In this document: positions 53,750 to 64,000 of the stretch, in pieces
Layout: every line of letters begins with the position of its first letter
Position numbering within the stretch: position 1 is the first letter of the stretch
DNA from: Raja brachyura
Taxonomy: Eukaryota
Direction of reading: 5' to 3'
NCBI GenBank assembly: GCA_963514005.1
Contig: OY740806.1
Location: 32,860,001-32,924,000 of the forward strand
DNA: 64,000 nt
The notes under the pieces: model-generated
The model's input: the letters and a program-made list of their open reading frames with translations, nothing else
Database searches by the model: none
What the model was told of the DNA's origin: nothing
Made by a program: the position numbers and the translations under genes

Positions 53750-54620
53750 TATTTGGACCTTGTATAATCAGGGATGTGCAAAGTTTTGAGTCATCGCTAC
53801 CTTCTGCTGTCAGTCCAATATGGGCTCCAACCTTATTCTCTTTCCTCAACAGTGACAAGTTTTATTTGGCACTTCTGTTCTTGTGCATTGTTGGTCATCT
53901 TTTGGTTGCATCTCAATAGCCTTCCTACACTTTTTTTTTAAAACACGTCTGGTTCTAGCAGCCTTCTTGTTACTCATTTACCTATGTATTCATTGGAGTG
54001 GAGAAGTTTAATATTCTAGTATGATCAAATGCATATCTGACTGATAATTTAACAAATTGAACAGTTTCATACCATTAACTGGCGCAAAATAAGGTATTGT
54101 AGTTCGACAAATCTTACAAAATTACCCATTATGAATTGTGGCCCGTTATCTGTCACCACCTCTGTCAAACTGTCCTTTAAACCTGGAAATGAGTTTTTGT
54201 GAACAATCTACACTGAAAAATAATCCAATCATCAGATGTATTGTCCCATTCAGAATAAATCAGACGGACGTGACTATTACACAGAAGTGACGCATTTCAT
54301 TTGATTGGTTCCTTTTCTGCATACGGTCGCTAATCTCCTCACTCAGCCTTGTAGCACACATTTTTTGTCTCATTCTGTGGAGGAAGGCATTCACTCCATG
54401 ATACGAGTTACCACTTTTAGTGTCATTCCTTCATAGATTTGAAATAATTATCCTTACAACTCCGAAGACAAGTCACTTTGAGTGTCCAGTTCATCTCTCA
54501 CGTAAAAGTATGGTGCAGGATCGGCTCCAATATCACTGTGTCTTATTCCACCATGTAATTCACCTGCTTTAGCTGTTGCATCATATCATTTGTTCTGTGG
54601 CCTCCTTAATCTCCTCCATC
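53750..54620 (-). mobile_element. Degenerate Gypsy-like integrase remnant
   Basis: Minus-strand fragments PYFYVRDEL, EVVTDNGP (compare the integrase SDNGPQF motif) and NRSAK occur in the expected order, with frameshifts. Confidence 0.55.
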
Positions 54621-54807
54621 AATGGCTAAGAGATTAGTTTGCATTTCACCACATTGATGGTTATATTTTCCCTATTCTGCCATCTATATCAAAGCTTTTT
54701 TTTCATGTTACCCATTCTGTATTTCTCACTTGGCTTTAGATATCTCTATACGTGTACAATCTTTCTAAAGTAACACCCTCTCATGTGGTAGCTGCTCCTT
54801 CAGGTTA

Positions 54808-55260
54808 GAAGGTACACAAAAATACTGGAGAAACTCAGCGGGTGCAGCAGCATCTATGGAGCGAAGGAAATAGCAACGTTTCGGGCTGAAACCCTTCTTC
54901 AGACTGATAGGGGGTGGGGGAGGCGGGGAGAAGAAAGGGAACAGGAGGAGCCCGAGGGCTGAGGGAGCGGTAGGAAGGGGGTGGAGATAGCAAGGGTTAA
55001 CAGAATTGTGAGAAATCAATGTTCATGCCACCAGGATGCAGGCTCCCCAAGCGGAATATGAGGTGCTGTTCCTCCAATTTCTGGTGTTGCTCACTCTGGC
55101 CGTGGAGGAGGCCCAGGACAGAGAGGTCGGATACGGAATGGGAGGGGCAGTAGAAGTACTGAGTCACCGGGAGGTCAGGTTGGTTAATGCGGCCCGAACG
55201 GAGGTGTCCGGCGAAACGATCGCTAAGCCTACGCATGGTCTCACCGATATAGATCAGTCT
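54808..55260 (-). mobile_element. Penelope-like element 3' end: GIY-YIG endonuclease C-terminus plus hammerhead-bearing 3' region
   Basis: ORF 54997-55263 LIYIGETMRRLSDRFAGH...EQHLIFRLGSLHPGGMN. Downstream CTGAAGAAGGGTTTCAGCCCGAAACGTT at about 54875-54902. Confidence 0.9.
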
Positions 55261-55394
55261 CACAACCTCCTCATCTTAAACCCTTCAGGTTAGATGCTGG
55301 ATTCCACAAATAATCTAATCTCTCATGGAAATACTTTCTACCGTCAAAATTGCAATTATTTGCTCCACTGCTGAACTATTTACACCAAGGAACT

Positions 55395-55790
55395 TGAAAC
55401 GCTCTACCATCTCCACTTCAGCACCATTGATGATGGATGAGGAATGCACTCTACACCTCGTTTCTGAAGTCACTGACTAGCTCCTTCATTTTGCTGACTT
55501 TGAGAGAGAGGTTGTTTTTGTCTATGTTGCTAAACTCTCTACTCGGTCTCATCATTGTCCGAGATCTGGTCCACTACATGGTATCATCTTGCAAGTTAAA
55601 TGGAGTTGGAGCTGAATTTGGCCACACACTCATGAGCATACTGGGGGTACAGCAACTGGCTAAGAACACATCCTTGCAGGGCACCAGTGTTAAGAATTAT
55701 TGTGGAGCATTGTTTTTCCTTTTCCTCACCAACCATAGTTTATGGGTTACAATGTTAAAGATCTAGTGCTGACTCCTAGGTCCAAATGTC
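55395..55790 (-). mobile_element. Degenerate Rex1/L2-like RT fragment
   Basis: gaagtcactgactagctcctt...atccttgcagggcaccagtgtt, antisense of a TGAPQG...KTKEL-like RT. Confidence 0.6.
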
Positions 55791-57388
55791 AGTACCATGA
55801 TTAAACATCAAAGAAAATAAGTTTCAGCAAATGCAGTTTATTGTAGAAAAAATATTATTCTCCAGCGTCAAACTGTTTGGCATCTACTCACTATTAGAAC
55901 TTCATAAACAAACAATGCCATTGTCTGTCACTGTAAAGTTCTACCTCATAAATAAAGGACTCAAAATGAAGCCTCAAGCTGCTGGAGTGATATATTGTAT
56001 AAGGATAGTGAGTGGGAGTATGGATAGTCTGATGGATAAATGAATGCTTTGTGCTCTTAAATCCAGGAAGCAGCTTGTGCAACCTATTTAACAATTACTT
56101 CCAAACACTTCTAAAAGGGTACAGTAATGACATTTTCTGTTTTTTAGGATGGTGACAGATTTCAATAGTAACAACTTCTGCCAAATGGTGTAGTTTCTAC
56201 AAGCTCTTCACCATTTACATCAGATGATATAGGCTGCACAGTGACATTGCTAATAATCCAGCAAACCCAAATTTTTTCTTGAACATGGTCTTGTGAAAGT
56301 CTTTCATCCCAATCATTGTTTATCATTGCCTTTAACACAGCATTTAAATATAATGAGGTTAAGATTGCAGTAAACATGCAGAAGGATAATACTGCAAAGG
56401 TAGTCTAGTAGTCTTCCAGAGCTAGATACACCCAGGACTTTTAAGATGGCATCCATCTTTCTGATGCCTTGAATGTACATGGATAGCAGAAAGATACAAT
56501 ATTGGGCTTGGATAAACTCAAGCAAGGAAAACATTGAATGGCAGCGTGGAGCGATTCTGATTTTGGTGCAACTGAAAAACGATGGTTAGCCTAGTCGTAT
56601 AATGGCTGCTGAAGCCTGATAGCAGTGAAGTGGGCATTCAAAACAAACTAGATAAAAGGTGATATGGATGCTTTCATGAAAAGAGGGGGATTGACATGAG
56701 CACATAGTTTACAACGGGAGAAGAGTGTAGAAAGATATTAAGTGTTTTACGAGGAGACTGAAAAAATGAAAGGGCTAAGAAAAGGCAGAATGTATTGTCA
56801 TGAGTTCATTAGCACAAACTAAAATTGACAAAGAGCAGAAGTGTATATTTGGAGATTGAGATAAAAGAGGATGATGTTGAAATATGAAATTTGGTTGTTT
56901 GAATAATACCCCAGTTTAATTGGAGAATGGACTACTACAGGAATCTCTAATATTAAGCATGCTCAGGCCATCTCAGAATCTCTGGAGCCGGAAAAAAAAA
57001 CAGGGAGCAGATGGTTATCATTGTGTAGCAACAGAGAGAGCAAGAATGAAATCTTTGGGGAAATAACTAGGATAAAAGTAAAGCAAAAACAAAGGGAAAT
57101 CAACCTAAAATTATACAAGGAAACCAAAAAATAGTCACCCGTGTTCAAATGAATATTGGCAGTTACTGCACCGTGCAACATCGACCTGCTCAGACTATTC
57201 CTTTTATATAATTTATATGACACTGTATTCATCACATAAATAATAAGCAATAATGATGAATTGATTACAGCAAAACAGTGTGTGTGTGTTGTTGGGGGGG
57301 GGGGGGGGGGACGGAGGGAGGGGTGAAAGAGTCACACAAAAAATCACCACACCGAAAATCATGCCAAAATTACGAGCAAGTGACTTAC

Positions 57389-57535
57389 TTTTCTCCATAA
57401 GCTTTCCTCCAGAAATCTGCCGCATCTGCTTTTGTGATCCTGAAAGTATCCCCCATGAATATGCCATTTTGGAATATAGCTTTTAGCTCTGCCAACATGT
57501 GACTGAATATCAATGACAGCTTGGTCAAATGGCGT
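57389..57535 (-). CDS. CBL: CBL exon 3 equivalent (four-helix bundle / EF start); gene continues 5' beyond the window
   Basis: tttgcag|A ... AA|gtaagt, 147 nt. Encodes [49 protein letters not shown]. Confidence 0.97.
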
Positions 57536-60529
57536 CTGCAAAAAAAAAAAATCTCTAGATAATGATGTTCAGAACAATTTTTCTTATTAGGAATTAAAAA
57601 CAGTTAATATGACAAACCGTTGTTCACATACAAGTTAACATTAGAACTTCCTTTTCACAATTTCCCTTCAGACAACACTATGAATTTCTTATAAACGTAT
57701 TAAGCAATTACATTTGATTATTCATTTCATACCGTGTCTCCAAACTTTTCAACATCGTATATGCAGGAATCACGAACAGTTGGCAAAATCACATATCTTA
57801 GTCAATTTTAACCTTCCTAAAATTGGGTGCTGAAGCTATTTTTAGCATCCCTGTAAACAACCTGATCAGCCATGATCATATTGAATGGCGGTGCAGGCTC
57901 GAAGGGCCAAATGGCCTACTCCTGCACCTAATTTCTATGTTTCTATGTAACCCCACCCTTCAAGCCCCACCTCCCCCCCAAGTTAGTGAATTCATCACAA
58001 GCTGAATGTGTGTGTGTAGGATAGAACTGCAGATGCTGGTTTAAACCTGTCTACAAGCTGAACGTGTATTGTACTAGGGAACTTCCTTCACTATTCTGGG
58101 CCAACTCTAGTTTGAGGCTGGTCGTTAACAGGAAAGAGGTAATGACAGCCTTTAAGAACCAAAAAGAGAGGAAGTGAAGCATTCTCTGCCCACAAAGCAG
58201 TTGTACGTGCAGTTAATGAATGCAACGACTGTGGCTAATGAGAGACAGGTACTAAGTTTCACATTAATAATTTTGAATGGTGACAAAAAAAATGTAAATG
58301 ACAATTTGAATGTATTTCGATTTTCAACACATTTAGTACTTTTTTGATTTGCAAATCTCTTCCTCTTTTCTCAACATGCCCCAATAACACTAAAAGTAAA
58401 CACATTCAGTTGTTTGGTGTTAGATCGCCGATTCTCAAGAATTTATCACACATTCTCAATAATTTAACACCCCTAAGACCAGCCCTCCAAAGCTGACAAG
58501 TTTTCTCTTCAATTATTCAAAACAAAGTCTATAGTCTTCAGCTTCTCTTTTTTTTAAAAAAAAGAAACATGGTTCCTCTATATATTTGTCTGAATCATTT
58601 GTAAATTTTATAAGTTTTGTACATTGCAGAATTGATGAAAAGCAAAAGACAGTGGATACACTAAGCAGATTAGATTGGATACTTGGAGAGACCTTTAGTG
58701 CATCAGGTCAACATGAAGTTAACATTTTCTCTATAAAATTTCTTATTTGTTGAGGATTTCTAGCAAATTCCTTTTCTTCAATGCAGACTGAGTGTTTTGA
58801 TTTTAAGATTTATCCATGTACCATTAATCACATTAAAATCATTGTTATAGCAATAGTTCAATACAATTGAACTTCACTACAATTCTTAATTTAAGAAACT
58901 GATTTTTTAACAAAATAAACATAATATACCAAGTTTTGTATGAAATATTGGGAAGTTGCATTTTGGAACAGAAAATAAACATTTCAAGCTCACTGAACAA
59001 TCACAATCTATTCTCATTTTGCATAATGCAGATAAAGTTCAGTTTGACACTGACACGCAGCATTGTTATAAAATGAGCCCTCAAAGAACCAACAGTGCAT
59101 ATTCAAGAAACTGACAAAAGCTAAACAATCCACAGTCCTGTCACATATCACTGGGAATGACTTGCAATGCTTTCTTCATATTATCATAGCACAAATAGAA
59201 CAGCCAGAAGCAAGGCTTTAGATCACAGGATAATGTACAGAATGCTATTCGTTTTTTTTTTTAAACGTGCTGCTCAGTAGCATTTCAAACTTCTGTAAGT
59301 ATACTGGTTATCTGCTTACAAGTTATTTCACTTCTTATAAGGCTAATCAGGAGACTTCCATTGAGGCAACAGGATGATATTGTGCTATTATATTCTTTTA
59401 TTTGCACATAAGCTATTTCCGGCTACATACAAAAACAATGGTATTCTCAGAAGAATGGTTAAGAATGGGTAATTTCACTGTCATTCAGGCCTAGTGACTG
59501 CACTGCTATGAATGAATGTTTGCTTTTATTCATATATCAATTACGTTTAAGAAAGCCCAAAGAGCAGTTGAGCGACAACTTGTATCAACTGTCCATCCAC
59601 TAATGTGTGCACATCTACAGCTAGGACCAGTATTTTTTTTGGAAGGACAATATTGAACACCTTTGCTCAGTTTTGATAAAAATATGGTTTTCCTCAAGAG
59701 ATGACATTTAACTCAGCTGTAAATAAAAAGCAAAAATCTACAGATGCTGGAAATCTATTGAAGGATCATCAACCTGAAACATTTATTGTTTCTCTGTTTA
59801 ATTATGCTTTAATTCAGAGTTTTCACTTTCAACACCAACTAAACTGTGGAAATGAAGCCATCAATCCAACATTATTTTTAAATATTGTCTTAATAAAATT
59901 GAACTACGGGGACATTTATGCTGTAACACTCTAGAAGTGTTTCATGTAGATGTAAAAAAGAAACTCAAAATGCACTCTTGAATGGTCTCTTCAATGCCCA
60001 TCACTAGGATTAGCTCTGTAGCTCGATCACAGAGATCTGGTCATGCAGTTAAATAAATACAAATTATACATGGCTAATCTTTTAATACCATATTGGGCCT
60101 GCTGCATTTTGACCACAAACCAACATCGCATAAATGTAATTGAATTCATTGTCACCAAATACTATTTCCCAAGAGGCTATGGAACTGACACAATTACATG
60201 TATTCCCACAAGCTTTAAGTTATTGCTAGATTCCGTTTCCAACCACTGTCCAGGTTATTTGAACTATTCTATCAAAAAGAGAAGAAACTTGCCTCCAATC
60301 TCTATCATATGCATCATACAATTTCAAAAAGCATACTCAAAAAAGAATCCCTCAGTTCATTTGCCTGTGATCCAGCATTGAAAAATTCTCCTTAGTCCTT
60401 CCAAAAAAAGAAAACTTTATGTTGGTATCCACCTACTTACTGAATATTGTATTATCTGTAAATTTTGTATTAAATGATTTGCAATACTTTTCTTCTCGCA
60501 TTTTCTCCTTGTGCATTATATTACACTTA

Positions 60530-60685
60530 AAGACACAAGAAACTGCAGTTGCTGGAATCTTGAGCAAAAAACTAAGTGTTGGAGGAACTCAGCGGGTCAG
60601 ACAGCATCTGTGGAGTGAATTGACAATGTTTCTGTCTGACTGAAGAAGGGTCGACCCAAAACATAATCTGTTCATTCCCTCCATT
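60530..60685. mobile_element. Degenerate inverted Penelope-derived insert
   Basis: aactgcagttgctgg...actcagcgggtcag...ctgaagaagggtcgaccc. Confidence 0.65.
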
Positions 60686-60699
60686 AACTTGACCCTCAA

Positions 60700-61640
60700 T
60701 TCCCTTTAAATCTTTCTCTTCACCTTAAACCTATGCCTGCTAGTTTTAGAGCACCCGCCCCAACATTGGGAAAAATATATGCCCCCCCCCCCAATTTTAT
60801 AAATCACTAAGATCACCCTTAGGCCTTCTTTACTACAGGGAATATAGTCCCAGCCAATCCAATCTCTCCTTTTAAACAAGCATATCATCCCAGACGACAT
60901 CCTTGTCAATCTTTTCACTAACTCTCCAACTTAAATCACATCCTTCCTGCAGCATAAAAATCAGAGCTGCAGTCTAATTTACCAACTGTAACATTCCATT
61001 CTAACTCTTCTACACAGTGCCACAGCCATTAAAGGCAAGTATGCCATGAGCCTTTGTCACCCTGTGTACCTATGCCACCACTTCCAGGGAACTAGGGAGA
61101 AGTCGTTGTGAGGGGGGGGGGGGGGGGGCACCATGAGGGACGGTGGTAGAACAAAGGGGGATCTGTGTGGGGGAGGGGTGTTTTAGAATCCTTTGCCCTG
61201 GGGATAAACCTGCGTTTGTTTGTTCATTCCTATTAAGGCCCTGTGTACATGGCAGCCAACCAACAGTCGCTTGTCTTTTTCTTTTTTTCACTTTTAAATT
61301 ACATTTCAAGTTTGTGTACCTTGTTACGATTGTTGGCAGGCCAATTTCCTTCTGGGGATGAATAAAGTTCTATCGCATTGTATGTATATGTTCCCCAAGA
61401 TCTCTCCATTCTACAACAATTGCTAAGGACCTGCCATTCAATGTGTATGTCCTGCCCTTGTTTTAACTTCCCAGAATACATCAGTCCATACCTATTGAAG
61501 GTGAATTCCATCTGCCATTCTGATGCCCATTTCCCCAGTTGATCAATATATTGTAACCTGGACTATTTCACTCTACATTACTCCACCTTCGGTGGCATCT
61601 GCAAACCTAACTAATGGTGCTACCTACATTGTCATACAAG
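60700..61640 (-). mobile_element. Degenerate CR1 fragment interrupted by another repeat (about 61086-61390)
   Basis: caccttaaacctatgcc...catccttgtcaatctt...catctgcaaac (CR1 antisense). The internal insert ends gaataaagttctatc. Confidence 0.65.
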
Positions 61641-64000
61641 CTCATTTAAGGCAAGCTCTCTATTAGTCATGAATGTGTCAACGAACAGATACATTTACAA
61701 AAGGAATTTGCCTTCCTTTCTGGGTTTTCATGATAAATTTATTTGACAGGCTGAATTTCAAAACAAGGATGGTCAACAAGGAAGCAAAAATTGCCCAAGC
61801 TACCCATCATGACTACCCACGCAGGCATGCTAATGAGGATAACAAATTTGTGGCTTTGGGCAATTCAACTCTGGATAGACCATTAGCTTCACTAATTTAC
61901 ACCCGGTTTAAAGCACTTTTAACAATCCTTATTCTGATCAATAAGTAATCTAATTTAAATAAGTAAAACACCATTCATTACTCTCAGTCAGCACAATGCG
62001 GAGTGTTTACTGAAAATCTGAGTCCACATTGCTCTTAATCTGCAGACGTATCCATATAAAAGTTGTTACAGATCAGGGTAAAATTCCACGTTCAGCAGGT
62101 CTAGATCTGTGCTATATGATTTGATCTCAACTGTGATAGCAGTAAAGAACAACAATTGGCTTTTGTGCTCCTTAATTCTCCGTGACACCTACACATAGCA
62201 TGACTTGGTTTTTACTTGTTTAAACATAGCTGAAGGCATTTAGGGTTGTGTGCCAAAACAGTTAATGGCTTCAGTGGATAGTATGATCAGAAATACACTT
62301 TTTTAGCTGAACTACCTTTAGTGATTTATTTCATAAGGGGATAGCACTACATATTGGGAATTTTACCACATAACATACAACGCTCTAGAAAACCATCTCA
62401 GTTTTAGAAAGAGAGCAGTATTATTCAAAGTACAAAAAGCTGCATTTTAAAAAATCCAGCTCACTTAACCCATTCTCAATCTTATTTCATTAGCCCCAAT
62501 GCTCAACAGAGCTCGGCACACATAGAATAATCTGGAAATCTGCAGGATAATAAAATCACATTTCATTTTCAAATACAGAAAACAAACTTGTCATGCACAA
62601 GCTAACTACATTAACCATACAAGCTAGCCAGAGTGTAAAAAAGATGCAGAAAGCAGAATAGAAAAATATGCCTGGTTCAACGGGTGAGGAGCACTTTCAA
62701 CATTGTTTCTAAATAGCAGATGCATCCTTAAATCCCCAAGAGAGCTTCAGAAGTATTACAAAATAAAGCACAAAAGTGATGTTTACAGCTGTTTTATGAT
62801 TAAAAACACGTGCACTGCAAGAGCTGGAGAGAACTCAGTACACAAAGTCCATAAGTTTGTCACAACTTAATGTTAAAATGCACAATATGTATACCACATG
62901 CTTTTTATTCCATTTGTTATGTTCCCAGGGAATTGTAAATCAGGAATCTGAAGCCAAAAGACAACATTAAACCAATCACAATGAAATCTTTTCATTATAT
63001 GGAACAAAAGTAACTGACGTTGACAGAAAACAGCTTCCCCCTGCAATATTTACATATTCACTCTCCTTCACAATTTCCTTCCTTGTCAAAACTAGAACTC
63101 CAGCTAGATTTTTTTTTTTCAATTATTCTCCAGACACAGACGTAGCTGTCAATGTTAGTTCTTCATCTCCAGTTGACTTGTTAGATAACGTACATTAGTT
63201 ATCTTAACGTACAAAAGGATCTTAGTGAAACAATTAGGTCTCTAGACATTGTACTACAAGTTAGGATTACTAGTCCTGTAACATAACCACAAACCATCCA
63301 GCACCATCAGCATACCCCATCTTCACTTCCCCAGCCATGCACTGGTTTCCACAGTATCTGCTATAATACTATCAATAATAACACTGCTGTCGAAAAGCCA
63401 CTTTGACAGAATCAATTTTCCCCTGAAAATTATGCAGCGTCCATCCAAAGTGCTTTGGATCTCCCACATGTAATGTAAAACTCTTGGTGTCCCTTTTTCT
63501 TTAAGGGATGTATTTCATCTGAGCTCAATTTAAAGGGGCCTTCCTGGACCATTATAATCAAATTTGATCTTGTTTTCACTAAATTATCCAGTAATACATG
63601 TGAAGAGCAGCAGTTTAAGGAATTGAAGATATTCCTCTTTTAAATATATGCAAATGTATATATCACCTTCAGTAAACCATTTTTATAATTTCCTTAAATA
63701 CAACACCAAATTATTTGTCTAAATTGTGATAAAAATAATTCAACCGAGCAATTCAACTAAAATAGAGGTTTCAGCACTCAGCACCTCATCAGAAAGGCAA
63801 AAAGAAATTTGCTTGCTGCAGCATTCTTTGGTAAACATTATTTGCAAAGGATTCCCACTACATCTTTGCATCATTTAAGGTTAGAAACACTTCAATATTA
63901 GTTTATGTCACTAGAACCTGCTAACTAGAGTCGTTAACTTAAATTATTAAAATTATGGCTGATTTATTGTCTTCAACTAAAATACTTTCCAAAAGAATAA

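Noticed and set aside
57536-64000. CBL exons 1-2
   Set aside because: No minus-strand sequence encoding VVRLCQNPKL or LKNSPPYILD was found, so they are presumably outside the window.

Overview
Vertebrate genomic DNA, most likely a cartilaginous fish (skate/ray-like; inferred from the repeat landscape: V-SINE/HE1-like, DeuSINE, CR1, Rex1, Penelope). The window is dominated by one minus-strand gene, the E3 ubiquitin ligase CBL (c-Cbl). I read 14 coding exons equivalent to human exons 3-16, from 57535 down to a TAA stop at 10179-10181. They total 2317 nt, stay in frame, and encode most of the TKB, the linker, RING, Pro-rich region and UBA. Exons 1-2 were not found and presumably lie beyond 64000. 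The remainder is intron and putative 3' UTR or downstream DNA rich in TE fragments. Highlights: (1) many short Penelope-derived inserts carry a hammerhead-ribozyme core, including a near-perfect palindrome with a TSD; (2) the Y731 YxxM PI3K site appears as CESM; (3) intron 4 is GC-AG; (4) intron 7 has tandem donors and an AAG acceptor that could give a v-Cbl-like truncation; (5) a candidate 41-nt poison exon follows the RING exons; (6) an end-intact Helitron; (7) an internally deleted Harbinger retains MADF and transposase fragments. Most ORFs in the supplied track are spurious or TE-derived. Comparisons with human sequence are from recall, not a database search.
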